Positions 1-12,807 of a stretch of 64,000 nt of DNA are shown here, in pieces. This stretch comes from Takakia lepidozioides (Eukaryota > Plantae > Bryophyta), in the NCBI GenBank assembly GCA_030704615.1, contig CM060733.1:28768001-28832000 (forward strand), read 5' to 3'. Made by a program: the position numbers and the translations under genes. The notes beneath the pieces were generated by a model that worked only from the letters and a program-made list of their open reading frames with translations, made no database searches and was not told where the DNA came from. The first letter of the stretch is position 1. The number at the start of each line of letters is the position of its first letter.

Positions 1-830
1 AGTTAGGCATCCCTCCTCTAAGCTCCTGACGAGATGAATTCAAGGTCGGATGGTGGGATCAGCTGCAACGTATGACTAATATCAGAAATCCTAAGCTAAT
101 CAACTCTATATCTTGGAAGCAGGATCACCCTGTCAAACAGGCTAAGTCCTGGCGGAAGAGGGTAGAAGAGATTTTGAAGGATCTGAATCTTAGTCCGCAA
201 GTCTTTGATCCTGGTGAATAAATTTGACTTAGAGGCTGTAGTGTCCAAAGCCATGTCTGTTGCCAGGAAATTGTCTGATGAAAATTAAGTTAGGCAGAAA
301 ACTTCCCTGAACTTGTTTCCAGTCTGTGACATGGGTGAGGCCATCATGGACGACCTCAAGGGTCTACCCACTCTCGGCACAGGACTGAAATTTAAACGCA
401 GGGCGGGAATCCTACATTTGAACAGCAAACAGATGCAGAGAGGAAAGGGGGATTGCAAATGCCCGTTGCGTGGGCAACCTGAAGACAATATCCACTTTCT
501 GCATTATTGTCCTGGGTACTCTCACCAGAGCGACACCCTCTTGAATTCCATTGGGAATTGTTCCTGTACCTCTATTTACCAACTTTGAAAATCTCGAGGC
601 TCAGCCAAAAGCCCAGGCCCTTTTGGGGTCTAGTTATTGGGCAGATCATAGCAGATTGATGTTTGTGTGAAGGGATTTCTAAAGGATATCTGGAAAACTT
701 GGATCAATTGCTTGTTTCAAGGGGCTGTACTACCGGCGTCAGCCCCTGACAAAGGTAGTTTCTGTCCCTTTGTGTTCGCTCAAACTGGGCGCGAGGTCAA
801 TGGCCACAAGGCTACATTCTCTCTCCTTCT
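1..830 (+). mobile_element. Degenerate 3' end of a non-LTR (LINE) retrotransposon, apparently intronic in the OSC gene
   Basis: Translates to a post-RT segment (KVGWWDQLQRMTNIRNPKL...KSWRKRVEEIL), then a C-terminal zinc-knuckle-like segment (LKFKRRAGILHLN...CKCPLRGQPEDNIHFLHYCPGY) and DVCVKGFLKDIWKT. Ends in ggccacaaggcta plus a TC-rich tail. Contains stops and frameshifts. Confidence 0.7.
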
Positions 831-1899
831 TTGATCCTGGGTAGAATATTTCAGGTGGAATAAAGTGAGTTTTTCCTATGGAATCCTGAAACTGACAAGT
901 AGATACTTGCTACAAAATCATTCTCTGGTTAGGGCCTTGTGGGATTTATTGAGTGCTTATGTGGTGGTTTGAATTTAGGGTTTCAGAACCCTTAACCTGC
1001 AATTTAGTACTCATTTACAAAAGTTGTTTGAGTACAAATGGCGGCTGCCTGAAACTACAGGCAAAGTGTCGGGCACACCACTCACTGAGCTTTACCTTCA
1101 AGAGATTTTCAACAGGGCTGTGGCCAGCAAGGTTTAAGCGCAACCTTGCCTTCATTATGCTGGTCGAGCTCCCTATGCAGTTCCTTTATTGACATGAACA
1201 GGAAGTTACACTTAGCCCTTACATGTGCTTTGCAATTACTTGTTTTTGCGTGAATGGATATGCGCAACGTTGCAGACTGGTCTGCCTCAAACTTACAAGG
1301 TTCTGTGCAATGTCACACCTTTGCTGTTATTCTTGCAATCTTTCACTTGCTTAGATCTGCATTTCGGACAGCGAAATGCAGATCCTTCACCTTCAATGGG
1401 TCTCTAAGCTATATGTGTAAGTTTTCTACAGAGTACATTGGATAGATGATGAAATCACCTACCACATGAGGCAGCCACTGCCTGGTACAACACTCGATGA
1501 CAGCCTCATGTTTCAGTGAGGGAAGTATTTTACGGAAGTAATGTACCCTTGGAATCTGATACCAGAGGGTTTTGAAGACCCGTCTTTGACTTGGATCAAT
1601 CTCAGTTTACAGCCCAGCTGAGTGGTTTCATTTTGAATACTGTGTTTGTTTTGTTTTAAGACATGGCAATACACTGGGCTATGGTGGAAGACTTGGATTT
1701 GTCTCAGTTTCGAGACATGGGATCGTCAGGGAAGTATTTGTGTTCAGTGGCAAGCTATGTTCTGCAGTTTATGAGCTGCAAGTCTGGTCCTCTCCCCTCC
1801 TATGCCTTAGCTGAGCTCTTTCCTTGCCTTTTTTGCACCTCTTTTTGGCCTGCTAGCCACATCAGGAGCTCATTTGTTTTGTGTCAATTTTATTGGCAG

Positions 1900-4800
1900 A
1901 TAATCACTCTGTCTGTGACAAGATCACTAGGTGCTGTGTTATCCCAAGCACATCAGCATGAGATGCGTCGTTATCTCTACAACCATCAGGCACGTCTGTA
2001 TTCTTCTCTGAGCTGATACATTGCTCTGGGAATATGCTTTGAGAAACTGTTTCAACTTGCTACTTGGGAAGTGAAGAAGCAGGCCAGGCTGGCAGGCAGG
2101 AATTGCATTGAGAGACTGGGGGTCATGGAGGTTTGGGGAGTGTCTGGGCCAGGTAACCCCAGCGATATAGTGAGAAGGGGTGAGAGGGTGTTTCTTCGAG
2201 CTGAGTCACAATGTAACTTGGGGGGATGCAGAACAAGGATGGAGGATGGGGTTTGCATATAGAGGGCCACAGCACCATGTTTGGCTCGGTGCTCAGTTAT
2301 GTCACCTTGCGCCTGCTTGGTGATGGGCCTGACGGTGGTGATTTTAACGCTCTGGAGCGTGGGCGTAGTTGGATCCTGAACCATGGTGGTGCCACCGGGA
2401 TTCCCTCCTGGGGCAAATTTGGCTTTCTGTATGTGCACACTAACTCACTTACTCTTCTCTCACCACCCTCAAAAGAGGAAAATAAATTCCTCTTGAATAA
2501 ACAGTTCCTTCCTACACTTTCTCTGCTGAAAGTTATCTAACAAATGCCAACAAAGTTGAATGCATGCCTCATCTTTCTCGTAATATGAAGTCCTTAAACT
2601 TAAAAGATTGTTTGAAATTTCTTTGTTATGTCTTTTGTGGCTGCAGGTTCTAGGGGTGTTTGAATGGTCAGGCAACAACCCTTTGCCCCCTGAAATCTGG
2701 ATGCTACCCTACTTTCTCCCTATGCATCCAGGTGCACTACCTCTGATCCAACGCAACATGGGTGTTACTCTTTGAAGTAGCATTTGCTGAGAAACATGTG
2801 TATTGTCTGCTCCTATAGGGCAAGCATGTCCTTATCAATCCTCCTGTAGAGGCCATTGCAATATCTGGACTTTTACATGACCTCTTATCCTCTAACAGTT
2901 TGCTTGGAACACTTTCGCTTGGAACTGTAAGATAGAATGGACACATCTTCAATGGATTTAGCTTTTAGAAGGAAATACAAGAATGAAGAACAGAACACCT
3001 ATCCAATATATTCAAGTGGTTGGATGATGACAGGGGTCCATATTGCTGTAGTGTCTGCCTACATGTCTTGCCTACATGAGCTCTTATACTGTTCTCTTTG
3101 GATTCAAGCAATTGTAAAGTGCGTATCGATGTCATATGGACAAATGGAAATACAACATGCAAACAAAGCTTGAGCAACCTTGAACATTGAGGCCTTGACT
3201 GACTTACCTTTATTGATCAAAATCAAAAGAAGCGAGGATGGATGGAGACATCCAAAGGTGCTTTATCCTGACTTAATTACTATTGTAGTGAAATGTCATA
3301 TGCAAGTGGTGAACTTGCTCCCAGGCAAGCATTGCCATTGATAATGAAGCCCCTAACCAATGGAACTGTGGGATCACAGGACGCATGTGGTGTCACTGTC
3401 GAATGGTTTACCTGCCCATGAGCTACATTTACGGGAGTCGGTTCACAGGACCAATTACTGACACGATCAACGCTCTGAGAGAAGAACTTTTTGTGCAGCC
3501 ATACAGCACAATTAACTGGAATAAGGCCCGCAATGAGTGTGCCAAGGTATATTTGCACCTTGAGACCACATTCCTGTCAGTTTGTCCGGCAAGACGAGGG
3601 GTACAAATCCTGGCACATTGAATGATTGCTATCTAAGTTGGATTTAGGAAGACAAGAAGGATAAAGGAGAAAAATTGCAGCATGAAGGTCTACTTTGTCG
3701 CAGAGAATGAAATGAAATGAAATGGTGCTTTATAACGTCCGCGGAAAGCTCGTAGAGCTTATGGGACAAAATGGAAGAAAACATGAGAGAGGAACAAATC
3801 CAGAAGAGGAAGACCACTTCGAGGTTGACATGGGACTGGCCGTCTTTGCATATGTGAGAGACAATGGAAGAAAGAAACTTAATAGCATCCACTGAGGGCC
3901 ACGATGATGACCCATGGAGAGGGCAAAAAAAACAAGGAACTTCATAACATCCACAGTAGCCCAGCAGCTGGGAGGCCAGGGAGGGTAGTCAATCCGCTGT
4001 GCTTGTTGTAACCTTGTGACATAAATCCTGGGCCCAGTTTGGGTGGAATAAGAGGGGTTTCTGAAAGGTGGGCAGAGAGGATGATAAGACATCATACATA
4101 CCGCTGATTTGGTCGGTGCCTGTTTGTAGGAGGACCTGTACTATCCTCATCCATTGATACAGGACATACTATGGGGCACACTGCACAAGTTTGTGGAGCC
4201 TGTGTTGATGCATTGGCCAGGCTCCCTTCTTCGTGCTAAGGCCCTGGCCACAACCATGGAACATATCCACTATGAGGACGAAAACACCTGTTATCTAGAC
4301 ATTGGGCCTGTCAATAAGGTATGTGGGCTGAACCAGACTTGCTATCTGGAGTATTCTGCACTGGCTGATCCAACGAAACAAGGGAGTAGTAATTGAGGAT
4401 GCTTCTTAGCTCCTTGTTCTTGAGTGAAGGTCTTGAACTTCTTTTAGGCACAGGAAATTCGCAAAATGGGGAATCTGCCATTAATTAAGCTGGTCTTCTT
4501 ATCAGTTTTTATCAGAATCATGCAGAAACTGTATGGGGTTGCCTACAGGTCATGAACATGTTGTGCTGTTGGGTGGAGAATCCGAACTCAGAAGCATTGA
4601 AGCTGCACCTTCCTCGCATCCTTGATTATCTCTGGTTGGCTGAAGATGGCATGAAGATGCAGGTTCGTCTTGGCTTTGACTGGGCATGTCAAGTGGTAAT
4701 GATACCTGTCACTGCTTCATTGCTTGAATGATACAAGGGGATCAATTTAGCAATCTATATGTGTCCAGGAAAGAGGAGACAAATAGGACCCTTAGTTGTT

Positions 4801-7800
4801 TGGGGTCTGCCACATCCTTATATGCTTGTCTCTTTTTGTCTCCATTTGGTGGATAGAGTTCATAATCCATATCTGGTAGCATAAGCTTTGTCTCTCCAGA
4901 TGGTCCAGCCGCTAGGAAGAATGATTGTGGTTACAAGCGTAAAACTTGGAGAGAAGTGACCTATATTTATTTGAAGGCGAGGGATTCACTGAGGATGCAT
5001 TTCTTCAACATCTAGATTATTCCGACATTGCCACACTGAAGTTGGGATTGCAGGGAAACAATGGGAGTCAACTTTGGGACACGGCATTTGCGGCGCAAGC
5101 GCTGGCATCGACCAAGCTACACAATGAGTGTGGGACCATGCTTAGGAAGGCTCACTCCTACATTGATAAGTCCCAGGTTCTTCTCTAGCTCTCCTTCACC
5201 ATCTCTTGTACCACGTTACAGTCTAGGATGAGTACCGAACATTTGCAATACATCATTTCAAGCAGGATCAATCAGTAACATCTGGTTGGTGTGTTGCAGT
5301 TCAATCCACCTGCAAGCTGTAAACAGTAAATTCTTTGACGGGAATACAAGTAAGATTATTAGAAGAAAGTGCACATAAAACACGCCCAAATACCTTCATT
5401 ACCGGGATACCTATGTTTCCTATAGTTGTGTTTAGGGTTGAGCTAGGGTGTGAATCACAGCTTTCATCTGCATGTTGTGAAGGTCATGGAAGATCCCCCG
5501 GGAGATTTGGCCCACTGGCACCGCCACATTTCAAAAGGGGCCTTCCCCTTTTCTACCAGAGACCATGGGTGGACCATCTCTGACTGCTCCTGTGAGGGCT
5601 TGAAGGTGGACACATTTCTCTTCCACCATCTTTGTCATGAAAGGTTATGTTCCTTTGATGAGGGTACCCCGAAGAGCTAAGCTTGTTAGCTCAAAAGCAA
5701 TGTTGCCCCATAGTGATAGTGTAGTTCATGGTTCTAATTCATGGAAGGCTGCAGGCAGCCTTGGTGTTGTCAAAGTTACCGCGGGAACTGGTTGGGGACC
5801 CGATCTCAGCAGAGCGTTTGTATGACTGTGTCAACGTCGTTCTGTTCTACCAAGTAATTTCTTCTCTTCAGAGAATTTTCTTCTGAGATCCCCAGACAAA
5901 TGTACTTGTGACTAATAATCATGAATTCTCAATCGTTCATACTGCGCATGGTTATTAAAGCCAGTAGTTATTGCATAGTACCTAACAGGAGGCAGGACCT
6001 CATGGGTTAAGAATTTACTGAATCATGGTAGGTCTGTCAGAATTATTCTTCCTCGTGTATGTAACCTGACTTACCCTCTAAAACTTTCACTGATATGTAT
6101 TCAGTGGGGTGCCTCATATGGTCTTTTGGGTAAAATGGCAGAACAAGGATGGAGGGTCAGCCACCTATGAAAACACCAGATCCTATCCTTGGCTTGAGGT
6201 AAGCTGACAACATGTTGTTTTTACTATGCTCGCCTTCAGCTCCCCAGTAATGTGAAGAATGGGGAGGGAGAGAGAGGGAGAGGAGAGAGCATGTAAGACG
6301 TTTGCCGTAGCCTTGTGGCCATTGACCCCGCCCCCAGTTTGAGAGGAACACAAAGGGACAGAAACTACCTTTGTCAGGGGCTGACGCCAGTAGTATGACT
6401 GACCTTGAAACTTGCAATTGATCCGAGTTTTCCAGATATCGTCTAGAAATCCCTTCACACGAACATCAATCTGCTGTGTGTGATTTGCACAATAACTTGA
6501 CCCCAACTACATGCACTCTCGGAGAGAGTGTGACCAGCATAGCAACTCAAAAGTGCAGATAATTGAAAGCTTGCTGCTTGTGCATGTGGTTGCAGCTAAT
6601 CAATCCCGCCGAAATATTTGGCGACATTGTGATTGACTATTCGTAAGCCATGACCGTCCATTCCCGTTCTGACAGTATTATTGATCTTTGTTGTTAAATG
6701 ATTAGTGGCTAGTTTCAGCACTGCATTCGGATTAAGGAAAGAGGGAAGCACAGAGATGGAGTAAGTAATAACTGAAAACGGTATCAAGGAAGTTTGTTAT
6801 CAATACTTGTTGTGGTTGCTGATTGTTGGTCCACAGATATGTGGAGTGCACAAGTGCCTGTATCCAGTCCTTGGCTGCTTTTGCAAAACAGTATCCGCAG
6901 CACCGGTCTCACGAGATCACTGCTTCCATTGATTGTGCCCGTCAATATATTGAAAGGCAGCAACTGCCGGATGGGTCCTGGTGGGGCCTACTATGCACAA
7001 ATACATTCATTTGGCTGTGCTGGACTTCTTGATTGGGGTTTTAGGCTTCCTCATTCAGTAGCAGGACTGAATCCATCACTAATTACTGTTATGTTCAAAC
7101 GTTCCTCCCGCGGACATGTCTCTTATTTTGACTTGGCTAGACCTGGTAAGTTGGTAAGAGTTCAAACCATATTAGCTGTCTGGTATTCAGTGTTTAATTG
7201 TTTTGGGGACTGACAGCTACATGCTCTCCTTTCACATTCTCGCTTGTTGCTCAGTGCCCTCTCCCTGTTTCCAACTGATGTGAAACTCTTCTACAATGTT
7301 GTTTGTCTATTGATTCCATCGCGACCTCATCTTCTCAGATGTAAGAGTCCTATGATGAAAGCTGCAGGTTCTGTGAAGGTGTTTCCTTAACCATTTTGCA
7401 TGGTTGATCATGATCTTTCAATAACTTAAGGTTACAGCGCAGACAAATTCAAGTGGGGATTGGACTCATCTTACCTTGCTAGAAATTGCATACATCATTG
7501 ATTAACTATCTGTATCACTCCGTGGTCCCTTGGAAAGCAGAGTTTGATCACATCAGAATTCTGTAGTCTGAAAATGAGTCCAACTAAGGTTCATCATGTG
7601 GGTTTTGGTGCGATGGAAATAGGTATGGCTGCTGGGGAGTTTGTTTCACGTATGCTACATGGTTTGGAGTGTTGGCCTTGATAGCTGCCGGAAAAGAATA
7701 CGAGACATCAATTCACATTCAAAAGGCATGCAGTTTCCTTCTATCTAAGCAGCTTCCGTCTGGAGGCTGGGGAGAGAGCTACCTTTCTTGCCAAGACAAG
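1900..7800 (+). pseudogene. Oxidosqualene cyclase (cycloartenol-synthase-like), partial and probably disrupted
   Basis: Exons 1900-1989, 2232-2428, 2647-2731, 3380-3546, 4130-4318, 4549-4662, 5054-5176, 5483-5605, 5755-5853, 6142-6198, 6596-6642, 6837-6980 and 7623-7800 join to give [82 protein letters not shown] and [13 protein letters not shown]. The first exons lie outside the window. There is a 1-nt frameshift at ~2420, and the last exons were not found. Confidence 0.85.
6262..6506 (-). mobile_element. 5'-truncated copy of the same LINE 3' end in an OSC intron
   Basis: Reverse complement matches ~625-830 (cagattgatgt...gatatctggaaaact...gcccctgacaaaggtagtttctgtccctttgtgttc...atggccacaaggctac). 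Confidence 0.85.
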
Positions 7801-8040
7801 GTGACCACTTGCATCATTTTGGGTTGAAGTCAGAAATCGCAGCAATGGGATTGATCCAACTCTTCTGCTGTTTCACATTCTCTCTCTCCCTCTCTCATGC
7901 ATCCCAGGGATAGCCAGGCAGGAAGCTACCAGCTACCTCTGGAGCATTAAGTCTCATTGCAATTTTGGCTGTCTCATTCGAAGTTTCATTTCGTCCATAA
8001 TTTCCTTTCTCCTATTCTTCTCTCTCTGTCTCTTGTTGCG

Positions 8041-8095
8041 CCCAACCTGGTTGCGGGGTCTACGGCCACAAGGCTATGACAAACAACGTCCTATG
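8041..8095 (+). mobile_element. Very short terminal remnant of the same LINE family
   Basis: gcggggtctacggccacaaggctatgacaaac matches the extreme 3' end of the 6262-6506 copy. Confidence 0.6.
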
Positions 8096-8812
8096 AGTAC
8101 ATTCTGTCTCGTGGAATGTTTTTTCATGTTATACCTCAGCTCAGCCCAGGAGAGTAATAAACTTGCTGTCTCACCCCCCTCAAGCTTTATTGACAAGCTT
8201 GAACTTTGAAAAGATTCATCGGTTTCTATGGTTTTAGAATTTGTTTGTCCTGTGGTTCTACTTCCGTCCCTTGGGCCGTTTGCTTCCTATGGACATACGA
8301 GGTTTCTTTCTTTGTCTCTTCTTTATCCCTCTCTCGTGAATAAGCCTCTTCATCTTCTGGCCTACTTTGGTGTGGTTTGATGTAGGTTTTCAGTTGTTCC
8401 CATGGGCCTTTGAGGTTCCCCCTGGACTTGGATAAAGCTTCTTTCCAGCCTCTCATGGATGTAATGATGTCCTTTCTTCTCTGTCTCTCATATACACACA
8501 GCCACACTTGTCCCCTATTTCCAGTTAGAGGGGAATTAACTTCAAAATTCCTAGTATGGACTCCAACTCTAAATGACATGATAGTCCTGTAACCTGATTC
8601 GCATCTGGTTGGCTCTCAAACTCACAACATGCTCCAGGAAGGTTAGTATGCTGCAGGACTATGCATGCCCTGGAGGGTGTGAGATAGCGGCATTCATCAA
8701 TCAACTTTATCCCTCTGGTCCCCCATGGACATTATTGTGCTTTTTTTCTTGTTTCTCTTCTCAACATTCATTCTGTTCATTGCATGCCGTATGAGGCCCA
8801 GATCGGAACTCC

Positions 8813-9030
8813 CCACATCGAGAATTTTTGCGTTCGCAGGGCCTTTGGGGCCTAGTTATTGGGCCAACCACACAGAGCAGATTGATGCTTGTGTAAAGGG
8901 ATTTGTAGAGGATATCTGGAAAACTCGGATCAATTGTCTGTTCCAAGGTAAGTCATGCTACCAGTGCTAGCCCCTGACAAAGGTAGTTTCTGTCCCTTTG
9001 TGTTCCGCTCAAACTGAGCGTGGGGTCACT
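8813..9030 (+). mobile_element. Third long copy of the LINE 3' end, cut before its terminus
   Basis: Matches ~590-800, including gcccctgacaaaggtagtttctgtccctttgtgttc. Stops at ggggtca without the terminal atggccacaaggcta. Confidence 0.85.
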
Positions 9031-9940
9031 CCATCTTCAGTACTTACACGTTGTTGAAAACTGGACTGCATACGTTAGTGTGTCACATATATAATGATTT
9101 CTCAAACCTCCTGACGTTGTTGAAAGTATGAGTTACAACCTGTTCATACACAAAATGCTATGTTTGAAACTGAGGTGCCATAATTTGGCCTCTCATCTGC
9201 CATTACAGTTTTCACAACTTGTGTGGTCGCTTTCACTGCTAGGACATACAGTCTTCTCCTTTCAACCACTGCTCCGAAAGGACTAGCTGATCGAGAGCAG
9301 TGGTTCTGAGCACCTAGCCCCATATTACCGAGCCACAAGCTTCTGTGGCTCTGACCTTCAATTTTTGCACTTTTCAGCAGAACTTAACATACCCATGGAC
9401 GCCAAAAATTTGAGGACATTTTCGTGGTTGTCCCTTCCTGGTGGCAGTCTCTTGCATTCCTAACGATGGCAGGAAAAATATGGGCCACAGCTTGTCATCG
9501 CAGTCCATAAAGATAACAAGTACAATAATAAGTCAGTCTCTTTCCCCTTCCCATTTCGAGGGCAAATCCCTAGAAACACTACTATGTTCCATTGCGTGAC
9601 AGCAAGGAGTATGCAACTGTGTTCATGCATTTAAGCTTGTGATGAAGGAACGCTGCAAAGAGTTACTGTGATAATGAGATTTGATGCCTGTTGAGTGCAC
9701 TGACTGGATGTCATGCACCAGCAACGTCAAGAGTAGGGAGCACCCCCGTGACTGAACAATGACATCTCACAGGCACAAAAGTGGATATAAGCAGGAGTCC
9801 CCTTACAATGGGATTTCATGCAGCCCAGGAACTCACTGCCCAATACCAGTCAAAATATCCTGTGTCCCATCCTCAACTTGGGGCACTTTGACTTAATTCG
9901 CCTACTGTGGGGCAGGCAACCTTGACCTGCCAAAGCTGAA

Positions 9941-12807
9941 TCAGGTTCCATTGTTGGTTTCAGTCGAGTTCAGGGGTTGCCCCCAGTGCACCAGCATGCT
10001 CTTCCAGTCACAGAATTTTTCTGAGCACTTCTTTAACCTGGAATCCTTTATCTTTATTGCCCAATGCCTGTCTGGGAAGCCAGATGCCTCTGCCTGCCGC
10101 CTGCTGAATTCGAAGCAAGCTTTTGCCAGTGAGGGTAGCCAGCAGTACTGCTGAAGCCTTTTTGGCATGTGGTCATGGATCTGCGATGGATGAAAGTAAT
10201 GTCAATCAGCCTCTGATGGATGTGGATAGAAAACTGACAGTGGCTGCCTTCAGAAGCAATGGGATGCCACTGATCTTTAGTCTGGGAAGAAACCAGTCAT
10301 TCCTTGTATCGTACCTTGAACCACTGGGCGTGTGCAGCATCACTGGCATACATCCGCTGCGAGCCGACATTCCAGTTGCAGTCGTAGTCTCTATAACAAA
10401 GCCAGGGCTTGATTCCCAGGTAATGGAGGACATAGAGAACTGGAGGATTTGCTGCAAACAACCTGTTGCCAGTGAAAAGGTGCAATATTATGAGAACCAG
10501 CCAACTGATAAGGGGTTAGTACTCTACATGCTGAAGAACAGGTATATGAATTACTTGCATCATCCTGCTACTGTTGACCTTGACACAGTCACATCCTCAT
10601 AACTCCGACCCTCTCATACTTTGGTTTCAGTCAATACATTATAATGAACTCTCCACTGCATGTCTCTCGATGAATGGGGCCTCATATACTTACCTCGTTT
10701 TGTACTCGTACTCTGTTTCATTTGACCAAAAATGTTTCAGGAAATTCATTTGCTTGGGAAGCCGGTGCCACCATGGAAAGATTTCATTCAAAAACCCCTG
10801 ATCGCCCCCATTGTATGAGACTATCTCCTCAATTTGATCCATAAAGAGCTGGAAAGTACAGTTTGAAGGCTCTATCACCATCACACCAGAATTGAAGATG
10901 GATCTTGTGTTTCCACTAACCACTATTTCCGGCATGTCGAACAGGAAGTCCAGGTTGCGGAGAACAAGGTTGTCCGCATCAATAAAGATAACCTACATGA
11001 CCAACATTTTGTTTAATGCAATGAACTGAAAGGTGGAGTGAAATGATCAGTTCCACTTGACTACTGCCTCTTTTGCTGTTCTTAGACTATATGGCAGTCA
11101 GTAGGAGAAGAAAGGAGGGAGGGTGTAGCCAGAGATACTTCTGATATAACCAACTACACAGCCTGCAGTTTGAACTTGGAGACAACATTGAATGTATTGA
11201 TGTTATGGAGAAGGAGAGATGACCTTGCTATAGTCCGTAAGCTGCCAAAGTCTCAATTTGCTATAATTCCACTCATTGTAGCTGTCCTTCTCCGCATGGG
11301 GGTTGCGAACTCTTTCTATCTGTCGCACTTGCCATCCAGCATCACTCAATCCCTGTCGGTGCTCAGGTAAGATGTTTTCATCAACCAGCACGATAAGATC
11401 TTGCTTAGAGCCTGTCAGTCGAATGCTACGGGCAACCATGATAGCACCACATGTATAATCAGGTCTGGTGTGAAGGATTGTTGCATATGCATGCCTGTGC
11501 ATATTGGCGACCATTGGTGTTCGTGGTCGATCTGCGTGCAAGAGTACTTGAATGATTTAGGCATGCATATGTGCAGGGACCTTGTGAACATATTCGATAG
11601 CATACCCTGGCCCCAATCACAATCCTTCCAGAGCTTGTTGTGGGGACTCAGCACACATACGAATCCCTAGGTACAATTGCCATAGGACTTGTGATAAGAT
11701 ACATAATCAAACACTTTGCATGCAGCAACCCATATTTTAGAAAAATTAGTACCTTGGCTTGTCAAAGGCACAGAAAGCTCGCATGATCCAACTGGCAATG
11801 CCAGCTGCTTCTGCATTCTCCCAACATCCACTTTGTACAGCCACCCTTGATCTCGTTGCTCCATGAGCTCCCCACAAGTGAAAAGGTTTACAATGGGTCT
11901 ACATTCACTCAGTATCAATACATGCATGCTTTGATTTCCAGTTCGTACTGCAATGCTTGCAGCTCCACGGAGAAGCTGCAGCCGTCCTACATCTCTCAAT
12001 TGCTGAGTACTATCACAGGGTACCCTTACAACCAATGCATCAAGGTCAATCCTCTCTTTAAAAGAGGGCAGCAGAAGCAGAGGACACTTGGGGGTTTCAA
12101 CTTGCTGTTCCTCATCAATCCATTCAGGGTAGAGGTCATTCCACTTCAAACTCTTATTTACTGCCTCTAGTGGAAAAATTACAGGTCTCTTCCTAGCAAA
12201 GAGGTTCCACCTCCATATATCTGCTGGGTCCACGTTGTACAATCCAATCTGCAGTGGTTCACTTTTCATTTTCTGCTTCAGAGGACCTAACAATGCAGCT
12301 CCCTGTGGCCACTCATAACTGCTGCTGCTTGGAGCTTCCACCCAGTGGTTCCGTTCCTTGTATTTGACCTCCTTTTCTGCAAAATATTTGGAATTCCTTC
12401 GAAAACGTTCCTCTCTAGATCTGCCAACCAAAAGGTCCTTCTCAGATTCTTTTTGGCAGCTTTCTTTAGGCAGAACGAACACCCCCTCATGAAGACAAGT
12501 GATTATGACGCGGTAAGTCCTTCTAAGCATCCATATGCAAGGCTTAATGAGTGAACCTGGCCTCACATCTATGACTTCCATTGGCAGGACCGACTGAGGT
12601 CAAGACATGCACATAATTCAATTCCACAGGAACAGAGGGGACCAAACGACGTAGACGCAAAATCACACACCTTTCAATAACCTCAAACTCGCGATGAAAA
12701 TCACCCGGGAACCTGTCCACGAAAACAGCAGGGAATGCTAAGGCACCTACGACAGCCATGATTAAGAGCGCCAGGCCCAGCCTGCTCGCCAGCTGTTTCA
12801 GCTTCAT
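9941..12807 (-). CDS. GUX: GT8 glycogenin-like xylan glucuronosyltransferase (GUX/PGSIP family), about 6 exons
   Basis: N-terminal TM anchor (MKLKQLASRLGLALLIMAVVGALAF), then LYPEWIDEE, LPVGSCEL, AYATILH, YNEWNYSKLRLWQLTDYSK, FIDAD (DxD), FNSGVMVIEPS, SYNGGDQGFLNEIFPWWHR and LHYLGIKPWLC. GT-AG junctions checked are phase-compatible. The start codon is inferred. Confidence 0.9.
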
